Source: an uncultured Oscillospiraceae bacterium (lineage in GTDB: Bacteria; Bacillota; Clostridia; Oscillospirales; UBA644). Taken from it: a stretch of DNA of 64,000 bases. Made by a program: the position numbers and the translations under genes. Every line of letters begins with the position of its first letter. The stretch's first letter is position 1. Below the pieces are notes generated by a model. That model was not told the origin of the DNA. It ran no database searches and saw only the letters and a list, made by a program, of their open reading frames with translations. Shown one piece after another: positions 27,578 to 36,527 of this stretch. The stretch is from positions 16,983 to 80,982 of the forward strand of contig CAYUWC010000003.1 of NCBI GenBank assembly GCA_964448355.1. Direction: 5' to 3'.

Positions 27578-27757
27578 AAACTTCGGGGTAGGGTGAAATT
27601 CCCTGACCGGTGGTTACAGCCCACGAACCTGTTTTTACAGGCCGAAACGGTGAGATTCCGTTGCCGACGGTACAGTCCGGATGGCAGAAGATATTGCGGC
27701 GCAGCTGCGTCTTATTATGCGAAAAAGTTCCCGAATAACGGGAACTTTATTTTTTTT
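27578..27757 (+). promoter_or_regulatory. FMN riboswitch (RFN element) with intrinsic terminator
   Basis: cttcggggtagggtgaaattccctgaccggtgg...ggtgagattccgttgccgacggtacagtccggatggcagaagat matches the RFN core. The terminator is aaagttcccg/cgggaacttt plus T8, at 27724-27757. Confidence 0.9.
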
Positions 27758-27800
27758 CGGAGAACACCTGCGTGAAAATTCGATGATCCCATAATCGCAA

Positions 27801-28062
27801 GAATATCTGTTTTACGCATAGATCCACCGTAAAACGGTTCCCGACAAGTTTTTGCCACCAAGCGTTTGCCGCAACACGACTGGGTGAATTTTATTAACTT
27901 TATATTCCGTCGCCATGACTGCGGAATAGCGATTACGAAAAAACAGTACGAAATTTAATGATTCGCAAATGGAAAGATTATCTGCCTCACGCATAAATCC
28001 ACCGTAAAACGGTACCCGACAAGTTTATGTTCGCCGCAGAAGAATTTAATTAACTTTTTATA
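27801..28062 (+). repeat. ~175-bp tandem duplication between the riboswitch terminator and ribU
   Basis: The unit atctg..acgcata(g/a)atccaccgtaaaacggt(t/a)cccgacaagttt...gaattt(t)a(a)ttaactt(t)t(t)atat occurs at 27801-27905 and 27977-28062. Confidence 0.75.
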
Positions 28063-28073
28063 TGGAGGTTGTT

Positions 28074-28736
28074 ATGAATATTAAAATAACACATTTGATC
28101 ATTGCGCTCACGGCGTTATTCATTGCCGTGCTGATCGTTGTGACGACATTGGCAATAAAAAAACGGAAAAAGACAGCGATAACAAGCAAACGTTCCGTCA
28201 AACAACTGGCAACTTTAGGTGTTATGTCTGCATTAAGCATAGTTTTGATGATCTTAATACGTGTACCGTTCCCGACGGCGCCGTTTCTCGAATACGACCC
28301 CGCAGACGTCCCGATACTGATCTCGACGTTTTTGTTCGGACCGTGGTGGGGTTTGTTAATGACGGCGGTCGTAAGCGTTATTCAAGGAATAACGGTAAGC
28401 ACGTCGAGCGGTATTATAGGCATTATAATGCACATCACGGCGACAGGCGGTTTTGTTTTGTCGGCAGGGGCGATATACAAACGAGGCAAAAGCATGAAAA
28501 GAGCGATCGCGGCTCTCGTGTGCGGCTCCGTTGTTCAGACGATACTTATGGCGGGAATGAATCTTGTGTTAACACCTGTTTTCATGAACACTCCGCTTCA
28601 AACCGTGCTCGGCATGATGATCCCGACTATAATCCCGTTTAATCTTATAAAAGCGGGGTTGAACGCAGTGATAACGTTTTTTGTTTACAAATTCGTATCC
28701 AAAACCGTTTCAAAAATCTTCGATCAAACGGCTTGA
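28074..28736 (+). CDS. ribU: Riboflavin transporter, ECF S-component RibU
   Basis: GGAGG lies 5 nt upstream of ATG 28074. It is a polytopic protein (LEYDPADVPILISTFLFGPWWG) downstream of the FMN riboswitch. Confidence 0.8.
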   Translation: MNIKITHLIIALTALFIAVLIVVTTLAIKKRKKTAITSKRSVKQLATLGVMSALSIVLMILIRVPFPTAPFLEYDPADVPILISTFLFGPWWGLLMTAVVSVIQGITVSTSSGIIGIIMHITATGGFVLSAGAIYKRGKSMKRAIAALVCGSVVQTILMAGMNLVLTPVFMNTPLQTVLGMMIPTIIPFNLIKAGLNAVITFFVYKFVSKTVSKIFDQTA

Positions 28737-28747
28737 TAATACACATA

Positions 28748-29623
28748 TCAATCTTTTAACACGGGAACGAATATCTCGTCTGCGGAAGAAAGGTCTTGGC
28801 AAAAGCCGTCAAAACCGAGTGTTTTGTATTCGTTTAACACCGTTCGGTATTCTTTGATCGTTATTTTTCGGTTTATTTCGGGGAAATTTTCTTCGGAAAC
28901 ATCGCCGGACGGAATGTACTGTCCCATAAGGCTGACAAAAATATCGTCGGGAAGATGTTCTTTTATAAAACGCAACGCTTTTATCGACTGCAGGGGCATT
29001 GACGGCAAAACGAGATGGCGCACGATAACGCCTTTTTTCATCATATTATTTTCGTCAAGGACAGGCGCGCCTGTTTGTCTGAACATCTCGCAGATCGCGG
29101 CAACGGCATTTTCGGCATAGTCGGGAACGCCCGAGTATCTCATTGCTTTTTCGTTTGATCGGTATTTAAGATCGGGCAGATAAATATCCACAAGCCCGTC
29201 CATTTCACGAAGCGTTTCAACACGTTCGTAGCCGCCGGAATTCCACACGACGGGGATATCGAGTTTTGCCGAACGAAGCGCATTTTTTATGTTGGGCGCA
29301 AAATGCACGGGGTTTACGAGATTGATATTTTCGGCGCCGTCTGCCTGAAGCGAAAGAAAAATATCGCAAAGTTCACTGTCGGAAAGTTCTTTTCCGACAT
29401 TTTCTCTGCTTATTTCGTGATTTTGGCAGAACACACAGCGCATCGTACAACCCGAAAAGAACACCGTACCCGAACCGTTTTTGCCGCTTATTACCGGCTC
29501 TTCCCAGAAATGCTTTGCGGCGCGTGTAACACTCGCTTTTGTTCCGCCTCGGCAAAAGCCGCGAGTTATATTTCTGTTAACTCCGCACTTACGCGGACAC
29601 AGCTCACATTTTTCGTATGTCAT
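28748..29623 (-). CDS. Radical SAM protein (PflX/COG1313-like activase family)
   Basis: CxxxCxxC cluster motif in FFSGCTMRCVFCQN, and an N-terminal CELCPRKCGVNR. Confidence 0.8.
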   Translation of the reverse strand: MTYEKCELCPRKCGVNRNITRGFCRGGTKASVTRAAKHFWEEPVISGKNGSGTVFFSGCTMRCVFCQNHEISRENVGKELSDSELCDIFLSLQADGAENINLVNPVHFAPNIKNALRSAKLDIPVVWNSGGYERVETLREMDGLVDIYLPDLKYRSNEKAMRYSGVPDYAENAVAAICEMFRQTGAPVLDENNMMKKGVIVRHLVLPSMPLQSIKALRFIKEHLPDDIFVSLMGQYIPSGDVSEENFPEINRKITIKEYRTVLNEYKTLGFDGFCQDLSSADEIFVPVLKD

Positions 29624-29685
29624 AAAATTTCACTCATAGAATACAGCGTCATCATTTTTGATGACGCTGTTGTCTTTTAATTATA

Positions 29686-30693
29686 TCAGGTTGCTCTTTG
29701 CGGACGTTTTTCGATCTTCATCGAGTTGTTTTTAATAAAGTCGATAAGCTCGTCGACCTGCATAAACGCAAGGCCCGTAACGGTGTCGGCAGCGCCGTAA
29801 TACATAGCTATACGGCCTGTTGCGGCATCGGAGAGCGTAGCGCACGGGAAAACGACGTTGGGGACATCGCCGACGCATTCGTAGATCTCCTGCGGAGAAA
29901 TGATATACGGGTCGGTCCTGTAGAGGACTTTCCAAGGTTGTTCGAGGTCAAGAAGAGCTGCGCCTGCGTGATAAACAAAGCCGTTGCAGCTTTGAAGAAC
30001 GCCATGATAAATAAGGAGCCAGCCTTCGGTCGTTTCGATCGGAGCGGGACCGGGACCGATCTTTCTGGACTGCCATGAACCTGCGGGTTCCATAACATGG
30101 CGATGTTTGCCCCAATATGTGAGGTCTTTACTGCGGCTTACGAAAATATCGCCGAAAGCCGTATGACCGGTATCGCTCGGACGAGACAGCATATAATATT
30201 CGCCGTTTATTTTTCTGGGGAACAAAACGCCGTTGCGGTTATACGGAAGGAAGACGTTTTCGAGCTGATAGAATTTTTCAAAATCGAACGTATACGCAAG
30301 GCCGATGGTCGGTCCGTGGTAGCCGTTGCACCAAATAATATAATATCTGTCTTCGATCCAAACAACGCGGGGGTCGTACGCATAAACGAACTCGCCGACA
30401 TCGGGATCGTCGCAGATCATTTTGATAGGTTCGGGATTTATGTTCCAGTTTATACCGTCTTTTGAAAAGCCCGCATGGATACGCATATAACGGCCTGTAT
30501 TGTCGCAACGGAACACTCCTGCAAAGCCGTCCTTAAAAGGCACTACGGCAGAGTTGAAAATACTGTTGGAATTGGGAAGAAGATCTCTGGGTATAACCGG
30601 ATTTTTGGAATAACGCCAAAGCACTTTGTTACAGCCGGCAGGCTTGTCCTCCCAAGGGATGTTGGGGAGATTGGGACCTATGATCGTAGGCAT
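29686..30693 (-). CDS. Glycoside hydrolase family 130 (beta-mannoside phosphorylase type), cytoplasmic
   Basis: N-terminal PNIPWEDKP...[30 protein letters not shown] and 335-aa length are typical of GH130. Confidence 0.8.
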   Translation of the reverse strand: MPTIIGPNLPNIPWEDKPAGCNKVLWRYSKNPVIPRDLLPNSNSIFNSAVVPFKDGFAGVFRCDNTGRYMRIHAGFSKDGINWNINPEPIKMICDDPDVGEFVYAYDPRVVWIEDRYYIIWCNGYHGPTIGLAYTFDFEKFYQLENVFLPYNRNGVLFPRKINGEYYMLSRPSDTGHTAFGDIFVSRSKDLTYWGKHRHVMEPAGSWQSRKIGPGPAPIETTEGWLLIYHGVLQSCNGFVYHAGAALLDLEQPWKVLYRTDPYIISPQEIYECVGDVPNVVFPCATLSDAATGRIAMYYGAADTVTGLAFMQVDELIDFIKNNSMKIEKRPQRAT

Positions 30694-30827
30694 ATAATCA
30701 GAACTCCTTTATATTAAATTTCTCTTTTGATTTTACAAACGGGTTTTAAAAGCTCCCCGTTTTATTATATACATTATACAACAAAAACCGGGGAGCTGTC
30801 AATAGCTTTAAATTATTTTATTTTATA

Positions 30828-32273
30828 TCAGTCGCCGTAGGTGCCCCAAACAGCTTCGATACCGCGTACAGAGGGCATAATATCGTCTGTGAAAATTCCT
30901 TCAACAACGTCGGAAACGGATTCGATATACTGGGTGATGGTTTGGTTTGTATCCATAAAGCCGATATAGTTTTCTCTCATTGCATAGTGGAAATAGTTAT
31001 ATTCCTGATTGAGGTACATCTTGAAAAAGTTATCGCAGTCTCTCGAATCGAAGAAGTAGTTACGTTCCATATATGCTTTGATATCTTCGTCTGTTTCGTA
31101 GCCGGGAAGCGGTTCGTAAAGAGCGTTGATGATTATAGCGGAGCTTTCGGTGTTTTTGGAAAGAGTGGAGAATGCGATACAGTAGTTGTTGTTTTCCATA
31201 ATACCGTAAACACGATCGGGATCAGCATTGGGACCGAGAGGCCAAGTAAGGATACCGAAGTTATCAACCTTAAGAGATATACGAGCGTCCTGACCGTAGA
31301 GATAACCTGTGGGCGCAACGCACATAACGGAAACGCCGTTTACGAAATCGTCGATGGTGGAAGCAACGGAATCGTTCATTTCACTTGCGATAGTGTAGCT
31401 GAGGTCGGTCTTCCAAATAGCTTTTGCCTCTTCCATAGCGGCAATAGCGGAATCAGTATAAAAACCGTAAGAATAGTTGCCGTTTTCATCTTTGTAAACA
31501 AGAGAGTCGCCGTTGGAACGAATGAACATCTCTGTATAATACGGCCAGTGTGCGGAAAGACCGTAATATTTTGTGGTAGAACCTTCAATAACGGTATAAG
31601 CATCAAGACATTCTCTGAACTTAGCCCAAGTCCATTCGCCGTTTTCAACATATTCACGCGGGTCGGGCTGAGCGAGAAGAGAAACTATATCTTCGTTGAC
31701 AGCAAGAGGGTATCCGAAAGAAGAATGGTTAAGTTCGGGCCAACCCATGGGGATAAGACCGTACAGGTCATCTTCGTAATAAACAACTTCGAGAATGGAT
31801 CTGCTGCCCCATTTGGACTCGTCCATATAATCGATATAATCCGAAAGACCGGACATACCTACGAGCATACCTGCTCTTGCGGCGTCTGCCCACATATCGG
31901 ATATACCGGAAATAACGTCACACATAAATACGCCTGCATACGAAAGGGAGATAAAGGTGTGGCATCTTTGTGTGTCGTTGTAATTAACGGTTATTTTACA
32001 ATTGTAGTTTTGCTCTATTTCGTTAAGACGTGCAGCGGCAAGATCCGCAAATACAGAGTCGGGAACGAAACCGAGAATGTTTTCGTCGACAGCACCGTCG
32101 CTCGTGTTGGAACCGAATTCGTAGATCATTTCAAATCCGCCGAGATTAACAACGCCCGCTTCGCCGGAATTGTAATCAAGATCGAAAGTTTCCGGTTCGG
32201 TTCCGCCTGCGCAAGCAGTGGCAAAAACGGAAATGATCATAATCAATGCGAGAAGTTTACATACTTTTCTCAT
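30828..32273 (-). CDS. Solute-binding-protein-like lipoprotein, paralog 1
   Basis: Lipobox (IISVFATACAGG) and an SBP-like W/Y-rich sequence (GEWTWAKFRECLDAY). It is clearly paralogous to 54267-55664 and more distantly to 42724-44130. Confidence 0.7.
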   Translation of the reverse strand: MRKVCKLLALIMIISVFATACAGGTEPETFDLDYNSGEAGVVNLGGFEMIYEFGSNTSDGAVDENILGFVPDSVFADLAAARLNEIEQNYNCKITVNYNDTQRCHTFISLSYAGVFMCDVISGISDMWADAARAGMLVGMSGLSDYIDYMDESKWGSRSILEVVYYEDDLYGLIPMGWPELNHSSFGYPLAVNEDIVSLLAQPDPREYVENGEWTWAKFRECLDAYTVIEGSTTKYYGLSAHWPYYTEMFIRSNGDSLVYKDENGNYSYGFYTDSAIAAMEEAKAIWKTDLSYTIASEMNDSVASTIDDFVNGVSVMCVAPTGYLYGQDARISLKVDNFGILTWPLGPNADPDRVYGIMENNNYCIAFSTLSKNTESSAIIINALYEPLPGYETDEDIKAYMERNYFFDSRDCDNFFKMYLNQEYNYFHYAMRENYIGFMDTNQTITQYIESVSDVVEGIFTDDIMPSVRGIEAVWGTYGD

Positions 32274-32364
32274 AATTGAACAGTACCTTTCTTAAAATAA
32301 CTTATCATACTGTTTATACAACAGCTTTAACCGCAGCCTCGACTGCGGAAATATCCTACATTAG

Positions 32365-32393
32365 ATTATACCGTATATTTATAAATATGTCAA
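32365..32393 (-). promoter_or_regulatory. Sigma-A promoter of SBP paralog 1 (TTGACA-17-TATAAT)
   Basis: Perfect consensus on the minus strand. The leader contains the hairpin ccgcag/ctgcgg. Confidence 0.6.
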
Positions 32394-32557
32394 GCGCTTC
32401 TTCTCTTTTTCAGACACTTTCACGAGTGAAAATCTCACATTTCACTCTTTTGACACATTTACTTTTCCTGAGCGTCATGATTTTTCCGTTTCAACAAGAG
32501 GCTTGACCTATGCCGCCCAAGGATCTTCGGTATGCATATGCGAAAAAACGTTATGAC

Positions 32558-32586
32558 TTGACAAAGAGCGTGAAAAAATGTATAAT
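32558..32586 (+). promoter_or_regulatory. Sigma-A promoter of the dCMP deaminase operon (TTGACA-17-TATAAT)
   Basis: Perfect consensus hexamers with a 17-nt spacer. Confidence 0.6.
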
Positions 32587-32617
32587 GTCGGTAAGATAAC
32601 AACGAACGGAGAAGCGT

Positions 32618-33109
32618 ATGAGCAGGATAGACAAACAAAATTATTATTTGGATATAGCACAGACCGTTGCGGAGAGAGGGACGTGTGTCCGTCGTCTTTT
32701 CGGCGCAGTGATAGTAAAAAACGATTCGATAATCAGTACCGGATATGTCGGAGCGCCGAGAGGCAGGACAAATTGTTGCGACACGGGAGAATGTCTGCGT
32801 GAGAAGCTTAAAATACCGGCAGGCGAACGATACGAGCTTTGCAGGTCCGTTCATGCGGAAGCGAATGCAATAATCTCCGCATCGAGGGAAGAAATGATCG
32901 GTGCTACGCTGTATCTTGCGTGTGTTAACGCCAGAACGGGCGAGATCAGCGGCGGAACGAACAGTTGTTCGATGTGTAAACGCCTTATAATAAACGCGGG
33001 GATCAAAACCGTTGTGGTAAGAGACACAAAAACCGAATACCGCACGATCGACGTAATGCACGACTGGGTCGAAAACGACGACTCGCTGTCGTTAAAAAGC
33101 GGTTATTGA
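32618..33109 (+). CDS. comEB: Deoxycytidylate (dCMP) deaminase
   Basis: Zinc motifs HAEANAI and CSMC. Length is 163 aa. Confidence 0.85.
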   Translation: MSRIDKQNYYLDIAQTVAERGTCVRRLFGAVIVKNDSIISTGYVGAPRGRTNCCDTGECLREKLKIPAGERYELCRSVHAEANAIISASREEMIGATLYLACVNARTGEISGGTNSCSMCKRLIINAGIKTVVVRDTKTEYRTIDVMHDWVENDDSLSLKSGY

Positions 33110-34017
33110 TCATGAAAAAGCGTTTTTTTCTTAAAGGCTCGGCATTGTGCGGCGCATTGACCGTTATTTTAACATTTTGTGTTTTAACATCGGCGGCGAC
33201 CTCCGACTACCGGGCACTGATAAAAATACCGACCGATTCGGTTTCGGGCTGGCAAACGCAAGACGGCACGAGTGCGACCGCAGCGGAGACGACGGACGAC
33301 AATGGAATGTGCGTGATTTTTTCGTCAAACAGAACATTGCTCTCCGGCGAATACGCATTTTCAGCATTGTGGGACGAGTTTGATGCGGAATTTTCAGACA
33401 TCGTGTTAAAAATGAGTATTCATATAAACGATATTTCGGCGTTAAACACAAAGGACAGTCGGTTTGCGCTTGCGGGAGAAAAATGTTTGTTTGAATGGAA
33501 GTTAAGCGACATCACACTCAAAGAGGGTGTTAACACCGTAACGTTAAGCTTACGTACCGCCGATTTTTCCGAGATACGACAGGAAGCGGAAGATGTTAAA
33601 ACAAACGAAGAAGACGAAAGCACGGACGAAACGGAGGAGCCGACGGAAGAAGAAGACAGCACCGAAGAATTATCCGAAGAAGAAATGCTTGCGGACATCA
33701 GCCGGTTTTTCTTTGAGCTTAAGCAGTCCGGCTCAAAAGCCGTTTCGATAACATTGTCCGACCTTTCGATATCCGTACCATCCAACGAAAGTGCGGAAGA
33801 ACCGCCCGAGCCGATAACGGATAAAATAGAAAAACCGCTGCTTATAATCGCCATAGCGACCGCTGTGGTGTTGATCTCGGCGATATTTGTCCACAGCGCA
33901 ATGTACACAAAAAAAGAAATAAAGAAAAGAAAACGCGAATTACGTCAGCGAAAAAGAGAGCGTGAACGCAAATCAGCAGAGGTTAACGAACCCGACGTTC
34001 CGGACGATAACGCATAA
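33106..34017 (+). CDS. Hypothetical secreted, C-terminally membrane-anchored protein with an acidic tract
   Basis: Signal peptide, an acidic run (EEDESTDETEEPTEEEDSTEELSEEE), a C-terminal TM segment and a basic tail. The ATGA overlap with the comEB stop suggests translational coupling. Confidence 0.6.
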   Translation: MIMKKRFFLKGSALCGALTVILTFCVLTSAATSDYRALIKIPTDSVSGWQTQDGTSATAAETTDDNGMCVIFSSNRTLLSGEYAFSALWDEFDAEFSDIVLKMSIHINDISALNTKDSRFALAGEKCLFEWKLSDITLKEGVNTVTLSLRTADFSEIRQEAEDVKTNEEDESTDETEEPTEEEDSTEELSEEEMLADISRFFFELKQSGSKAVSITLSDLSISVPSNESAEEPPEPITDKIEKPLLIIAIATAVVLISAIFVHSAMYTKKEIKKRKRELRQRKRERERKSAEVNEPDVPDDNA

Positions 34018-34025
34018 AAATACAA

Positions 34026-34070
34026 TTGCCCAAGCAGGTTACAGCTACAACTGTTTTCGTGCTTGGGCAA
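34026..34070. terminator. Hairpin terminator between the convergent genes 33106-34017 and ilvE
   Basis: 11-bp stem ttgcccaagca/tgcttgggcaa. Confidence 0.6.
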
Positions 34071-34098
34071 ATTATTTCTGTTTTAACAAGACGGATTT

Positions 34099-35166
34099 TT
34101 ATTTAACGATATGTCTCCAGCCGAACGGGTCGTCTTTCAAGCCCCATTGAATAGCCGTAAGGTCATCGTAAAGCATTTGAGAAACAGGGCCGATATCGTT
34201 ATTGTTAATAACACATGCGCAGCCTTCGCGGTTAAGCTCCCCTATCGGGCTTATTACGGCAGCCGTACCGGTACCCCACGCTTCTTCGAGCGCACCGCTT
34301 TGTGCGGCAGACATAAGCTCGTCGATATGCAGCATACGTTCTTCGACCGTAAAGCCTTTGCTCTTAAGCAGCTCGATAACGGATCTTCTCGTAATACCCG
34401 GAAGGATGCTGCCGTCAAGAGAAGGCGTGACGATCGTGCCGTTGATCTTAAAGAAAACGTTCATTGCGCCGACTTCTTCGACATATTTATGTTCTTGACC
34501 GTCAAGCCAAAGGACCTGCGAATAATTGAGTTTTTCCGCTTTTTGCTGACCGATCAGAGAAGCCGCGTAATTTCCGCCGCATTTTGCCATGCCCGTACCG
34601 CCGCGCGCTGCTCTTGTGTATTCCGTTTCAACGTATATTTTAACAGGCTTAAGACCTTCTTTAAAATAAGAGCCTACGGGCGAAAGAATGATTATAAACA
34701 GATATTCGTTAGACGGGTGAACACCGACGTGTCTGTCCGTTGCGATAATAAACGGACGAATGTACAAAGACGTGCCCGGCTCGGTGGGTATCCAGTCGGA
34801 ATCAAGTTTTATAAGCTGTTCGAGCGCATTTAAAACTTCGTTTTCGTCAAAACGAGGGATACACATTCTGTCGCAGGACTGATTCATTCTTTCAAAGTTC
34901 TTTTCGGGACGGAAAAGATAGATATCGCCGTCTTTTTTTGTACGGTAAGCTTTGAGACCCTCAAATATTTCCTGTGCGTAATGGAACACCATCGATGACG
35001 GTTCGAGACTGATGGGACCGTAGGGTACGATCTGAGCATCGTGCCAACCTTTCTCGGAAGAGTGTTTCATAATAAACATATGATCCGTAAAAGTCGTTCC
35101 GAAACGAAGGTCGTTTGCGGGAACTTTTTGCTTCGGCTCGGTGTTTTTTGTTATTTTCAATTCCAT
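34099..35166 (-). CDS. ilvE: Branched-chain amino acid aminotransferase
   Basis: Class IV aminotransferase pattern with the PLP-Lys region GGTGMAKCGGNYAAS. Length is 355 aa. Confidence 0.9.
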   Translation of the reverse strand: MELKITKNTEPKQKVPANDLRFGTTFTDHMFIMKHSSEKGWHDAQIVPYGPISLEPSSMVFHYAQEIFEGLKAYRTKKDGDIYLFRPEKNFERMNQSCDRMCIPRFDENEVLNALEQLIKLDSDWIPTEPGTSLYIRPFIIATDRHVGVHPSNEYLFIIILSPVGSYFKEGLKPVKIYVETEYTRAARGGTGMAKCGGNYAASLIGQQKAEKLNYSQVLWLDGQEHKYVEEVGAMNVFFKINGTIVTPSLDGSILPGITRRSVIELLKSKGFTVEERMLHIDELMSAAQSGALEEAWGTGTAAVISPIGELNREGCACVINNNDIGPVSQMLYDDLTAIQWGLKDDPFGWRHIVK

Positions 35167-35201
35167 AGTTTTTCTCCGAATATTATTTATATGTTTTTCG
35201 C

Positions 35202-36446
35202 TTATTTAACAAGCTTCTCGAATCTCTCGTCAAGCTCGTCGGGATGAACACGAACGGAAACGACATACGCTTCTTCGCCCTCGGTAAAGTGACCGTATGT
35301 TGTTGTAACGATCGTTCCGTCGGGTAAGATCTCAACGCCGGGATAAGCACAGTCTCCGTTTTTGTAATTTTTCATTATGCGGACACGGTAGCTTCCCTCT
35401 CTGCCGTTTTTGATATCATCGTATGTGCCGACCCATGCAAACCAATCTCCCCAATACGGAGACTCAAGGCACGTGTCACGAAAACTTATAAAAAGTCTGC
35501 CGTCTTTAAGATAACGTGCGCAGTGTCTGTCACCGGTAAGAGCACCCTGAAGCTCGACGGGTTCGGACCATGTTTTGCCGTTATCGGAAGAGAAAATGGC
35601 GTGAGAGTTCATTTTTTTCGCATTTTCGCGCAATACGGCGCACAATTCTTTTCCGTCGGGAGAACGTATGATCGCAGGCTCGCAAAGATCGCAAACATCG
35701 TGAGTGCAAATCGCGTGAGGTTCGGACCATGTAAGACCGCCGTCGTGCGATTCGACTTGATAAACAATTATCCTGCCCTCGACTTTGCCGGAACAAACAT
35801 TGTATATTTCCGTCCATTCGTCGCCCTCTTTTTCGAGCGTACGTACCCAACTGTCGTGTTTTTCCGACCACGTCTTACCGCCGTCCTGAGAATAGCTGTG
35901 CATAAGCTTTGTTCTTGTATTCGGACCTTCTCCGGTGCGATAGACGGTTCTTTTCTCGTTCGTACCGCCGTGGATAAATCTGCCGTCATCGTGGAAAATC
36001 GCGATATATTCGCCTTTGCCGACTTGACATATATCGCCCATTGCAACGATACCGCCGTAATCGCCGATCGGCTCAAGCTCGGACCATGTATCCCCGTCGT
36101 CCTCGGAAACGGACATTCTTATCGGGTACAGTCCGGAAAACAAGATCAATCTGCGTTTACCGTTTTTATCGTAAACCTTATAGATCGTGGGTGTTTCGAG
36201 AGATGTTGAAAAACTGTCGGGCACAGGCAGTCTTTCGGTCCATGTTAAACCGCCGTCATAACTCTTTTTCAAAACGATCTGACCGTAACCGTGATTTTTG
36301 GGATAAACCGTAACGATCGTCTTTTCGTCGTCAAGAAGAACGGTGGTGGGATGACCCAGGTAAAGACCCTTTTCGTAATCAACGACTGTCTGTCTTTCTT
36401 TTTCGTCGGAAATATCGACGACAGGTATTGTGAAATCTCTGCGCAT
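35202..36446 (-). CDS. BNR/Asp-box repeat protein (sialidase-like beta-propeller), no signal peptide
   Basis: Five Asp-boxes: SYDGGLTW, SEDDGDTW, SQDGGKTW, SHDGGLTW and SSDNGKTW. Confidence 0.75.
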   Translation of the reverse strand: MRRDFTIPVVDISDEKERQTVVDYEKGLYLGHPTTVLLDDEKTIVTVYPKNHGYGQIVLKKSYDGGLTWTERLPVPDSFSTSLETPTIYKVYDKNGKRRLILFSGLYPIRMSVSEDDGDTWSELEPIGDYGGIVAMGDICQVGKGEYIAIFHDDGRFIHGGTNEKRTVYRTGEGPNTRTKLMHSYSQDGGKTWSEKHDSWVRTLEKEGDEWTEIYNVCSGKVEGRIIVYQVESHDGGLTWSEPHAICTHDVCDLCEPAIIRSPDGKELCAVLRENAKKMNSHAIFSSDNGKTWSEPVELQGALTGDRHCARYLKDGRLFISFRDTCLESPYWGDWFAWVGTYDDIKNGREGSYRVRIMKNYKNGDCAYPGVEILPDGTIVTTTYGHFTEGEEAYVVSVRVHPDELDERFEKLVK

Positions 36447-36527
36447 TTTACTTCCCCTCTTTTGTTATGTTGATTTTATAATTTAACACAGATGTTCTCA
36501 ACATTATCTGCGTGAAAATTTGATTTT

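Noticed and set aside
27812-27994. A 60-aa minus-strand ORF between the FMN riboswitch and ribU.
   Set aside because: It spans the tandem duplication, has no RBS, and runs antisense to the ribU leader.
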